From contig CAWFAK010000017.1 of the NCBI GenBank assembly GCA_963813715.1, positions 800,001 through 864,000 on the forward strand: a DNA stretch of 64,000 nt, written 5' to 3'. Under the pieces are notes generated by a model. The model was not told the DNA's origin. It did no database searches and saw only the letters and a program-made list of their open reading frames with translations. Of the stretch, positions 11,867 through 22,580 are shown in pieces; position 1 is the stretch's first letter, and each line of letters opens with the position of its first letter. The position numbers were made by a program, and so were the translations under genes. The DNA is from an uncultured Planctomycetaceae bacterium. GTDB taxonomy: Bacteria; Planctomycetota; Planctomycetia; Planctomycetales; Planctomycetaceae.

Positions 11867-12064
11867 CGCCTGTGGTGGCGGCATTGTGGCATCTGCAGGC
11901 GTACATCGCGATCTGAAAATGGAGCTCAATCGGATCGCGGACACGACTGAGAGTCGTCTCGACACATGGCCGACTGAGGGCGAACGCCGGGGTCACGGCG
12001 ATGATTGAATCGACCGATTGCGACGCCCAAATACTGCCAGGTCGCCGATTAAAAGGCCCAACCG

Positions 12065-12375
12065 ATGGACGCACGACGCTGTTTCGCCGTAGTGGGCGTT
12101 TTCTGGATTGCAGGTGTCTTGACGGTTTGCGCAGGTGACGATCGTCCCAAACCGTTCCACTTCTGGTTGCTGCAGTATCCGGCCGTGCAAAAGGAATTCG
12201 GATTCTCGCCGGCACAAGCAGCCGAGGCCACCGCGCTCTTTAGGACTTATGACGCGGCTTTGTGGACAGAGATCCCATACACGGCTCGCCGCCTGATTTG
12301 AAGAATCTGACCGGCGAGCCGCGTATTCGCAAGATCCAAGAAAACAGTGAGGCCAACGCAAGCGTGACGGCATGA
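12065..12375 (+). pseudogene. Secreted helical protein fragment ending at the inverted-repeat element
   Basis: Signal peptide, then LLQYPAVQKEFGFSPAQ; frameshift near 12285. Confidence 0.4.
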
Positions 12376-12575
12376 GCGACGAACCGAAGGCTAACAAGCC
12401 GGTCAGAAAGCCACAGACTTGGAAGCGGTTCCTCTGGATTTTCGGCGCATTCGTAGTCGCGCTCGCAGTGACGATCGTGACCAGTAACCACGACAAGGGA
12501 TACGCCACGAGAATGGCGAGCTCCCATCCGATCCGCTTCCGCGATCGTTTCTTCGGCTCGTCGCTCATGCCGTCA
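12365..12575. repeat. 211-bp element bounded by a 25-bp inverted repeat; each arm starts an MSDEPK small-membrane-protein ORF
   Basis: 12365-12389 TGACGGCATGAGCGACGAACCGAAG versus the reverse complement of 12551-12575 TGACGGCATGAGCGACGAGCCGAAG (24/25). Confidence 0.9.
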
Positions 12576-12691
12576 GGTAGAGCCTGCGTTTGAAGCCTGG
12601 TTTTTTGGCGATTAACAGGAGTTCGCCTCGATGCTCCCGTGCTTTTCGTCCTTACGGCGACGAGAGAACAAGCCGGCAATCGCATCCTGGC

Positions 12692-15600
12692 TCAGTCGAC
12701 CACCCGCAACCGCAGGGTCGCACCGTGGGCATCGATCTCAGGATTGTACATATCGAAGGCCCGCGTGGGGCGCACCTGAAAAGTGCCGGGCACTTCGGCC
12801 CGCAAACGATATTTGATTTTGTGCGACCCCGGCATGAAAGTGCCCGCGAAGAAGACGACGTCCTGATCGCGGAGCTCGACGTCCGCGCACAGATTGTCTC
12901 CCCAAGCCCCGCCGCTCGTCAGCTCGACCGGCTCGAAGCCAGCCGGCTTGGGGTCCTCGAACGCCAGAAACTCGTGGAAGACGTCGCTGGCGATGGTCAA
13001 CTCCACTTCGACCGTGTCGCCGATGTGGACTACGTCGCCTTCTGCCAGCGGCGTGCGCGCCGTGACACGTCGTTCGTCCGAAAAGCGCGCCGGAACTGGC
13101 GATCCTCCCGGCAACTTGTAGTACCGCCGAGTCACGGCCAGACCACGCCCTTCCGCCCGCGTCGCTTCCGATCGGTCGAAGTAGCGGGCGACGAAGGCGT
13201 AATAGAGGGGCTGTCGATCTTTGCGGCTGACCGTGACTCGATGGGAGCCGGGCTTTAGCGCCGAGCCGTCGAGTTGAATGCGACAAGCTCCTGCCAGCAT
13301 GCGTTTCCAATCGACCCGCACGTCGGCCGCATGACGGCCGTCCAGACTCACCGCGACCGTAAACTCCGCCGACATGTGGTAGGTCACCCGCAGATAGTCG
13401 GCTAGCGCGTGGACGGCCAGGGCCGTGTCCCGCGTGCTGCCCCAGTACTCGCCATGCCACCGATGATTGACCAACCACTCGGCGATCTTCGGCGCCAGCA
13501 AATTCTTGGGGTCGATCCCCACGATTGCTCGCAGTACCCAGGCGTTGGTCTCGACGTCGCTGGTGAACCAGCGCCAGCGGTAAGACCTTTCGCCTTTCGC
13601 TGCCGCCGAGGCGCTCCCGTTTGTGGCGTCGACCACGATGGACTTGAGAATCTCGTTGAGGATCGCATCGGCCTGTTTGCGGTCTCCGCGGTTGAGCAGG
13701 GCCAGCGCCAGAGCGCTCGCCCGTAGTTGTTAAGCGACTCGTGCTTTTTGGCCAGCCCGTCGACAAGTGTGCCGAGTGCCCGTATGCGGGGCTCGAGAAA
13801 GCGATCGTCTTTGAGCTGCTGCGGTGTCAATTTCGATCGCTGCAGCGAAAGGACGTACGCGACGAACGCCACGTTGTAAGCCACCTCCGGGCCGTGGTCC
13901 TGTCGCAGTCGCTCGACGCCCGACACGTGGAGATAACGCACTGCTTTATCGAAGGCCTCTTGCTCGATCTCGACTCCCGAGTCGGCCGCAGTCGTCAGCC
14001 CGAGCACCACGTAGGCCGTCATGTAGGCGGTCGAATCGTCCTCCTTCCACCAGCCCCAGCCGCCGTCCTCGTGCTGGAATTCGTACAGCCGCTTGAGACC
14101 TGCCGCCTCCATCCGCTTGATCTCCGCAGGATCGAGCGTGCCCTTCCGGCCGATGGGGTCGCGACGCTCATGTGAATCGCTGCGCGCAGCGGCCAGCGCG
14201 GCGAGATCGATGCCCAGAGAATGCAACGTGTCGGCGGCGAGCACGGTCGGATAAAAGCGGCTCATCGTCTGCTCGACGCAGCCGTACGGATACCCCGCCA
14301 GGAACGGGAGCGCATCGACGATTACGCCGCCCGAAGAGGGAGCCAGCGAGACATCGATCTGTGTCTTGGCGGGAATGATCTGCTGCGGCAGATCGAAGAT
14401 CATCGCCTTGTCCGCCAGATCGTCGGCACTCGCCGAGCCCGACGCCGCGCGGACCACAAGGGCGCCGGGCGGCACGACGGGGATTTCGAGTCGCATGGCG
14501 TCCCCGTCGACGTCGGTCCGCGCCTTGACCGTGAGCGCGGCAAGCCCCTCTGCTCCGCGGTGACGGGCCAATCGAATCGGTGTTGCTCGTGCGGGCCAAT
14601 CGTGGCCGTCGCCATCAGGTGCAAATTCCCATCGATGTCGGGGGCGTGTCCCTCGCTTTGGGCCGCGTCGAAGCGTCCGGAAGGTAGGATCAGCTCGGCG
14701 GTGACGTCCTGCTTTGACGGCAGGTCGTTGTGCACGTTGGCCGAGAGCGTCAGGGCGTCTTTCTCGACCGCGAACCGCGGCGCCTGCAGGCGGACCAAGA
14801 GGGGCTTGAGCGTCGCCACCTCGGCCGTTGCGTCGCCGACGCGGGTGTCGTTCGTGATCACGTAGCCATGCATCCGCCACGTGGTGAGCGAGTCGGGATA
14901 AGCGATCTCCGCGTGGGCCGTTCCCTCCGCGTCGAGCACCAGGTTCGGCAGCCAGACCGCCGTGTCGGCGAAATTCGAGCGAACGACCGGCTCGAAATGC
15001 GATTTTTCACTGTGGCTCTCGAGGTCTTTGGTCGTCGTTCGCCGCCGCGCGTCGTCGGAGTTCCCAGCGCTCGCGTCCGAGGGATCGCTCTCGCGGCCCA
15101 TCGACCCACCCATTGCTCCCATCTGCGGAACGGACGCATCGTCCAAATCGAATTCGGGACAACGGAACTTCCCGGAAACGGAAAACAGCCCCGAGCCGAG
15201 CATCAATCTCTGGTGCGACGGATGAAAATACGCCCGGCGCACTTCCAGCAGACGCCGGGGACCGGGATTCTCATCGACGATCGCGGTCAGTGACTTGTCA
15301 AACGCCGTGAGTGCCACCTCTGTCCGCTGTGCTGGTCCGCCCAGCGGCTTGCCCCACCAGTCGGTCGCCCGGATCCGCACGCCACCCTTTTCGCCGGGCT
15401 TGTAAGTCGGGCGATCAGCCTCGATGGACAGCTTCACGCTGTCGCGGACGGGCGGCACGTAAAGTTCGCATTGCTCCGCATGCACCGCGCCGTCCGCGAC
15501 CAGCGTGGCCGAAACGAAGAAAGTCGGGACGTGCTTCTCGCCGATGGGGATCTCGATCACTCGCGAATGTTCCGGCAAATCGACGAACCAGTGCTGATCG

Positions 15601-18600
15601 AAGTTATCCAGCATCAGGACCCGCGCGTGCGGTTGCGAAGTGTTGACGAGCAGCCGCGCGACGTCGCCGACCTGGTACGAACGGCGATCGGGAATGATCT
15701 CCAGGTTGCCGAACCGCTGCCGCTTGCCGTCGAATTTCGGCCCGTAGACCCAGAAATTGACGACTGTCCGCGCGATTTCGCCCGTTTTGCCCTGGGGATC
15801 GCGAACCTCGAACGCCAGCCGATATTGGCCTTCGCTGCCGACGGGGAAGCGAAACTGCAGGTGCCCGTCCGGGCCCGTCCGCACGTCCCATTTGCCGGCG
15901 ACTTCTTCCTCGCGTTTACTCGACTCGGCTCGTGACGAGCCATGCGTGTCCGTCGCGGCGGCTTCTGGGGGGAAGGGCGTTACCCGAGACAGCGTCAACG
16001 TGCCCGCCGTCGCCAAGGGGACGTCGGCCGTCGATCGCGCCGTCAGGTCGACCGTTGCCTGGCTGCCCGGGTCATACCAACCGCGATCCAGCTCGGTAAA
16101 CAAATTAAGTTGTCGCCGCGCGGCAACTGCTGTGGCCTTGGCCTCGATCGTCCGGCGGCTTTCGTCGCTGACTTGCGCCTCGATCGTGTACTCGTAGTCT
16201 CGATCGCGCGGCTCCGCAGCGGTATTAATGCGGATCTCGGTCGAGCCGTCCGGCCCGAGCTTCGTCGTCGCGTCGGCAACCCTCTGAGGACGTCCGCGGT
16301 CCATGTCGAAATCCGCGTCGCCGTCGGCGGCATCCGACGGCGGCTCGTCCTGCATGTCGCGAAACCACCAGTAGTCGTACCCGTAGTCGCCGAAGCCGTT
16401 GCCGTAGAGCCAGTCCCATTCGGCGCGACGGCGAAACGGGCGCGGTGGTCCTCACGCATCACCGTATAGTGGACCGAAGCGCCGGCGACCGGCGTGCCGA
16501 AGTAATACCGGGCCTGGACCTTCGCCCGGATCGGTTCGCCCAGGCGGACCGCATTGGGAGTCGGCGTGACCGTGACCTCGAACTCGGGTTTCTTGTAGTC
16601 CTCGACCCGGAATTGGACGCCGTCGTGCCACGTTTGGCCCGCGTAGCCGGGAACTGACAGCGCGTACTCGCCGAGCCGGGCTGCTCGATCGAGAGTGATC
16701 GTGCCCGTCACGCTGCCCGCATCGTCAGTGACCAGTTCGAGCGATTTGAGTTGATTCTTGGAATAGGGGGGGCCGTAGAGATCGACGCGGCATTTGACAC
16801 CCTTCTTCGCCCGTTGATACTGCCGCCCGGCGAGTTCGCGCAGCCAGATTCGGAAATGCACGGTCGATCCCGGCCGGTAGAGTGGCCGGTCGGTGATGCC
16901 GAACAGATACTGCCTGGGCTGGGCGAATTGAGGATAGCTGTCCCATTCCACTGGACTCAGAAGCAGCCCGCCCCCCGCCGTTTCCATCACGGCCACCGTG
17001 TTGTAAGGGCTGGAGTGATCGCCGACTCGCTTAGGGACCCATTCCGCCAGCCCGTTGGTGTCGGTCACGACGGCCGATTTCTCACCGCTACACCGGACTT
17101 CGACCTTACGTCCGCCGATCGGCTGGCCCGTCACCGGATTGACGACCCAAAGCAGCGCCTTCCCCGGCAGCTCCTTGAACACAAGCGCCGCGTCCGTAAT
17201 CACCACCAGGCCGCGCGACGCTTGTTGGCCGCCCGGAATGCGGGCCTCGACGATGTACGTTCCCGGGTCGGCGACCGGCGCCTGCGTCGTGTGCACGTCG
17301 GGCGAATTTGTCCGAGCGACCGCCGCGCTCCAGCTCGCCACCGTGGCGCCGAGAAACGGCGCCACAACGGGGGTGCCCTGGGCGTCCCGGGGATCGGTCG
17401 CAAACAGATGAGGGGTCCAAAAGCCGTCCTCCAGCAACTGGAACAGGCGCGGCCCCTCCTCCGACTTTTTCACGTACCTTCGCAGGTCGAATCGCCGCAG
17501 AGTGAAGTCGACTTTTTGGGCATTTCGACAGGCGAACCAGAGCTTGGGCTTCAATCCCGCGGCATACACGCCCGTTCTTGCCGAGCAACACGTCGGAGTG
17601 ATCGATATTGGCGATGTGCTTCTCTGCCAGCGAAGCCTGCTTGGAGTCGGGAAATCGGGCGATCAGGCGGCGATACTCGGCGACGGCCCTGGAGAACTGC
17701 CGGCGATTCTGCAAATAAAAGCCGCGCTCATAAATGGCCTCGGCGACCGCGCGGCTCTTTGGGCAGTCGGTTTCGATCCGACTCCACAGGGCCAGCGGAC
17801 TTTGGGACTTGGGGAGCGTGATGACCTGCGTGCGGCCGTCGACCCAGGTTCGCGCCTCGTCGTCGGAGAGCTGCCAGAATTCCTTCAGCCCCGCCCGGCT
17901 GGACTTTGGCCGAAAGGAGGGATGCTCACGCATCATGTACTGCGTGTCGTCCATGCGCCAGCGCCAGTCGGTGCCCGGCCCGTACAGCCGACGCGCGATG
18001 TCGGCCCGATGCAAGAGAGCCTGCGCCACGCCGGCGCGATTGGGCGTGGGGTCGAGGCGCTCGATTTCCGCCAGTAAGAACAGAATCTTGGACGAACGCC
18101 CGAGCCCCGTTTCATACCGCGCCGGCACCGGCAGGATGGCAAGCTTCCCCTCAGCCGTCACGGGAACGTCCGTTTTCCGATTGTCCTGGTGCTCCCAGTC
18201 GCCGTCGACAGGCTCATTCCGCCACCACCAATCGATTTCGGCATAGCCGGTGTCCCACCCGAAGTGCTCGCGCATTCGAATCGAGTCGGGATCGAGCAGC
18301 GTCACCAGCCGCCGGTCGTTCTCGACGCGGCTTTGGGCCAGACTGCCCGCGAGTCGTTTGTCCGCCGCCTGCGGCAAGGCGGCGACGATTTGCTCGAGCA
18401 GTCGGCGAACGCGCTCCGCGGTGGCGATCTCGATCCGCCAGTCCTCGCGATGACCGTTGTCCCAGCGGAGATCCCGGAACATTTCCAGGTTCGCGTAGCG
18501 CACGGTTTTCGCAGGAGTATCTTTCGCCAAGCGGGCGGCCGCCGCGGGCTCCGCCAGCCTGAGCGAGCATTCGACGTCGCGCTCCAAGCCGCGCAGGACG

Positions 18601-18878
18601 CTCGGCAACCACCACTCTCTGGTTTGGCTCAGCGCGCGATCATAATCCGAGCGTGCGTCGCGCCACTTCCGCTGCTCGAAGAGCCGATCGCCCTCCCGCA
18701 ACTCTTGGGCGACTTCGCGATCGGCCTGCGCGCGCTGCTCCTCGGTCTGTTCTTCGTCGCTCCTGTCCTCGGCCGCCTCGGCTTGGGACTCGCGCGTCGG
18801 CACCGACACCGGGTAATTGAGCACGCTCACGAAAGCGCACAGCACAACGATCGCCTGTAACGCTCGCGGACGAGACAT
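12692..18878 (-). CDS. Alpha-2-macroglobulin family thioester protein (~2050 aa; frameshifts near 17570, 16420, 14550, 13710)
   Basis: Signal peptide; TDRPLYRPG, VEDYKKPEFEV, VRSNFADTAVW, YPDSLTTWR, YPYGCVEQT, FQHEDGGWGWW, WGSTRDT, AFDMYNPE. Confidence 0.93.
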
Positions 18879-19309
18879 CGCCACCTCGCGTCCGAGTTCC
18901 GCCCCTTGTTCCGTTCCGCCCGAAAGCGCCAGAAAGCCCACAGGCGCATTCTAGCGGGGCGTCTCGCACCGTCACACAATCGAGTTAGGCCCACTCTTCG
19001 ACGCGCGCGGCGGCCAATCAGTTCCCGGAAAGAGCGTTCTAGCAACCCCCGCGAGCTCGACCGTCGATGTCACCCAACTTTCGCGTAAATCACTGTGCGG
19101 TAAGCAGTCGGGTTGCTCCGTCACCGCATTGTAGAGATCGTCTATGCTACACGAGCAGTCGATCAGTCTCGCAGCCATCGTCGGTGGTACGTTTCAACGA
19201 CTCGTGAATCCGGCAGATGCTAAAATCAAAGACCGGTCTGAAGGGTGCAGTGCAGGCGAATCCACAGGGAAAAAGGCTGTCACGATCTGCCCTGCCATTG
19301 AGTGATGCC

Positions 19310-19762
19310 ATGATGCAAGAGGCTGACTTTGACGCATTGAGTGAGCATCTGGATGAGGTGCGACCGATTGTCGACGGTTTTTGTAAGCGGCACAGATTTG
19401 AATACATTCGAGGGCCGGCAATTGGCCGCTATCCGCGAATTCGCATTCAAAGAGCCGGGCCCGTGACGCTTTACTTTGACTTGTGGATGCAACTCGACAA
19501 GAACGAAAAACGATTTGAGACATTTCGGCCAAACTTGCCCTACGACCTTTACGCGGGCGCGGAGATACATGAAGTCGGTGGGTCTGAATTTGGTGCCACT
19601 GTGCATGTCGGGCTGACGTGTTTTGCGGGCGTGCCATTTGAGCAAGTCCGTGGGATCTTGGAGAGTGAACTCGAGAAAACGTTGCCTCTCCTTGAGGCGT
19701 GGGATGTGCCGTATCTACGGCGCAAAGGCGAAAGGATCCGATTGCTGGGTGGGCGCGAGTGA
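19310..19762 (+). CDS. Hypothetical protein (lower GC than surroundings)
   Basis: Clean ORF with globular composition; no family recognised. Confidence 0.6.
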   Translation: MMQEADFDALSEHLDEVRPIVDGFCKRHRFEYIRGPAIGRYPRIRIQRAGPVTLYFDLWMQLDKNEKRFETFRPNLPYDLYAGAEIHEVGGSEFGATVHVGLTCFAGVPFEQVRGILESELEKTLPLLEAWDVPYLRRKGERIRLLGGRE

Positions 19763-19931
19763 CACCTGACGAGAGGTCGCGGTGAAAACGTGACCGATCA
19801 AATATCCGGACTGAAGTTCAGAGGTTCTTGCGCCTGCTCGTCATCGACCGGAGGATCACAGCGTCTGGCGCGTCTCTGAAACGGCGATGCTTCATTTGGG
19901 CCTGCTTGGCGAAACTCGGCTGGGGCAAAGC

Positions 19932-20421
19932 ATGGAAGTCAAATCTCTTCGATCAGTGCATCGATGGATCGCCGCAACCGCTGCGTGCCTCGTTCTAGGC
20001 TGCCACATCGACGCTTGCCGGGCACAATCTCGACCTACGTCGGCCAGCGAACGCCTCCAAGTCTTCCAATGGTTTAGCGGCCTGGGGTTTCCCGATGTCA
20101 AGAACGCCAAATTCGTACGGCGACCCGATGGTCGCGACCAGCACGGTTTTGTCCTGGGCGAGAACAAGCAGGCTTGGACCGTTGTCACGGTTGGACTCGT
20201 CTCGCGAACGGTCGAACGCCAGCAGCGACTCTGGGGCGGCCGTACCGTCGATCTGAACTGCGTCCCTGAAGATTTTGCGGCGTTTGTAAACACTGCGTCG
20301 CGCGAGCGTCTAAATGGATATGGCCCGCTCGATGACGAGTTCGAATACGGTCTTTCAAAGGCCACGAAACGCTTCGTGATTGCCTGGATCTGCTGGCGCC
20401 GGGGATTGGACGAGCAAGCTG
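19932..20421 (+). pseudogene. N-terminal part of a secreted protein, cut off at the integrase fragment
   Basis: Signal peptide plus FQWFSGLGFPDVK; the last ~15 codons of the ORF are the antisense of the integrase. Confidence 0.6.
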
Positions 20422-20914
20422 TGACGTTCTCGACAGCCCAGCGGAAGAGCCCTTTGATCTTCTGAACGTACTTGTTGATTGTCGGCCGCGTGGCGCCCGA
20501 TGCGATCATCGATTCGCGCACGGCCTTGAGCTTCAGCGGCCCAAACCCGGCCGCGAGCTCGGTGCCGGATTTGCGGATGAGTGGCCTGAGCGCCGCGCGG
20601 ATACAGGCCACTTCCGAGGTCACGGGCCTCGGTTCCTCGCCGTTCGCGATATCGGCCGGCTGATCGACGCGAGGAGCTTTAACGTAGTATTTCTTGGCGT
20701 AGGCGAGGAACCGCAAACAGAGTTCGTCGATCGTCAGCGTGGCACGGTTGACCGGCCTGCGTCGCGCCCATTCTTCGACTAGGGCGTCGTAGCGCGTCCA
20801 AGAATCTTCGGACCCGATCAGTCCGAGATAATGGTCCTTCCCGTCGATTCTCACGCGAGCTTGACCGCTCGGTTTGTGACGGAAATAAGCGGGCTTCGAG
20901 ACTGATCGCGGCAT
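20422..20914 (-). pseudogene. Tyrosine integrase, arm-binding and core-binding domains only; catalytic domain missing
   Basis: MPR..PAYFRHKPSGQARVRIDGKDHYLG...FGPLKLKAVRESMI...TINKYVQKIKGLFRWAVEN; GGGAG ribosome binding site. Confidence 0.88.
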
Positions 20915-20929
20915 CGCGGCTCCCCCAAT

Positions 20930-20959
20930 CGTGGTAGGAAACGTGGTAAAAAACCACAC
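20930..20959. promoter_or_regulatory. Putative integrase arm-type binding repeats
   Basis: CGTGGTA repeated at 12-bp spacing (20930, 20942) plus an inverted ACCAC, between the integrase start and the att-like core. Confidence 0.5.
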
Positions 20960-21022
20960 TTTGTGCCGCGCTGCCGGATGGCAGGTAATCGCAACTCGCG
21001 AATCAGCAATTGGTTGTGAGAG

Positions 21023-21034
21023 TCGAGACGACAG
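21023..21034 (-). repeat. Degenerate att-like direct repeat of the tRNA-Pro 3' end
   Basis: TCGAGACGACAG versus TCGGGACGACAG at 42440-42451 (11/12, same orientation), ~110 bp upstream of the integrase. Confidence 0.6.
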
Positions 21035-21404
21035 AACACCAATTGAACTTTTTCTTCTCGGCGCACGCTCGGCAGAGTCTCGCTTCGAGGGCGATCCTAA
21101 CCGACCGCAACCTACGAATGCATGAATGGTTGCGACGCGTCAAAGTGCCGCGCCTCGCAAGGTCTAAAGGAGCTTGGAGCCACAACCGGGAGCCACATAC
21201 AACCGTGTCGCATGAGTCCGCGTCGAATCAGGTGCTGAGGACTTCCATGGCAGCAGAGAAGCCAGCACATTACATGGCTTCGTTGTCCAGATTGGTCTCG
21301 ACGTCGTCGATGGTGGGATTCTGCAGGAGATAAACCGAATTCTTCAGCCCCGGGCCTACTTTGACCACGTCATTGCCCCCTGTCTTAGTGCGTGACCACC
21401 AGGC

Positions 21405-21580
21405 CCCGAGGCGATTTCCGCGGTGAAGCGTGCCTCCGCCTTCGCGGTCGCCGCTGAATTGAAGCACCTTGACTGCGGCAAACGTGTCCTGTTTCTGATG
21501 CAGGCCACGCAGCACGATTCCCATTCCCCCATTGTTACAAAGTAGCGATTGGCATACGGTCCGACCTGGGTCGTAAAGCC
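21405..21580 (-). pseudogene. Ser/Thr protein kinase N-lobe remnant
   Basis: Across frameshifts: QVGPY / GGMGIVLRG..AAVKVL / AEARFTAEIA (subdomains I-III). Confidence 0.6.
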
Positions 21581-21639
21581 ATGGGAGGCCGCGATTTCCG
21601 AATCGTTGGTCGCTTCCTCAGCTTTATTGACGCGCTGTT

Positions 21640-22083
21640 TTCGAAAAAGAGGCTCCGGTCGATGCGCTGAACCACTTGGGCCGTCAAGCGATCAACGACT
21701 TCCAGGAGGCTGCCGTGCACCTCCAGCACGTCGGTCGATCCCGACGTTTGATGGAGACCGTCGACGTTTTGCGTCACGACCGTCGTCTTCGCCCGACGCT
21801 CCAGGGCAGCCACCGCCCGATGTCCGGGATTGGCCTCGGCACGGGCGATCGGATCCACCACGTTCAGGACAAAGTCGGCGACCGAGTGCGGGTCAGTCGT
21901 CGCTGTCTTCCAGAGCCCGCGCCACGTCGCAAATCTTTCCGGCGGAAACCGCTGCCAAAAGCCGTCGGCGTCGCGGAACGTCAGAATGCCGCTCTCGGCC
22001 GACATGCCCGCCCCGCTGAAGCCGACAACATGTTTCGCATTGCGAAGTGCTGAGACCGCAGTGCTCCAATTGTCGGCGTTCAT
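21640..22083 (-). pseudogene. Sirtuin (SIR2/CobB-like), N-terminal half only
   Basis: GAGMSAESGILTFRD..GFW, NPGH, TQNVDGLH, EVHGS; C-terminal motifs (P.VV.FGE, GTS, N) are absent. Confidence 0.85.
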
Positions 22084-22099
22084 CTATCCGTCCCAAAAA

Positions 22100-22192
22100 C
22101 CGAGGAGTCCGCCTCTCGCGGACACGATGCGGCCCAAGCGCGGCTCGCCGCATTACTGAGCCGCCTTCGTCCTCTCCGGCGACTGGCGCTGA
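22100..22192 (+). pseudogene. Relic C-terminus of a CHAT protease gene
   Basis: KRGSPHY*AAFVLSGDWR*, matching the ends of the four full genes, with TGG>TGA. Confidence 0.85.
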
Positions 22193-22336
22193 TTCCTTTG
22201 AAGTCGCGACCCGGCGCGGTTAGCCTTGTCGATGCCATATTTCCGTATTTCGCCGGGAGGGAGTCGAGTATGTGGGGTCCGACGGGAATGCGGTGTTGTC
22301 GATGGTGGTGACCGGACGTTCCCAACCGCGAGGTTG

Positions 22337-22500
22337 ATGTATTGGTTTTTCGTGCTGGTCATCTTTCTCGCCGCCACTGCCGTAGCCGACGGGCCAGCGG
22401 ACAATAAGCCCGCGCCCATTGCCGGTAACGAGCGTAAGAAACCGCTTGCAGATCAGATCGGCTCGAACAGCAGTCGAGAGAATCGGCGCCGATGCGAACC
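22337..22500 (+). pseudogene. Relic N-terminus (signal peptide region) of a TPR-CHAT gene
   Basis: MYWFFVLVIFLAATAVADGPADNKPAPIAGNERKKPLAD/DRLEQQSRE resembles paralogue 2 (KPTPLSDAERKPLLADRDRFDKES). Confidence 0.6.
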
Positions 22501-22580
22501 TCGGAAATCACATGCGACTTGCGCTTCGTGCATGTCTGCGTTCACACTGCATCCGAACCCCTTTAGCAAGGATCACCCGA

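Noticed and set aside
19141..19305. 54-aa ORF as a toxin remnant upstream of a possible immunity gene
   Set aside because: No recognisable toxin motif.
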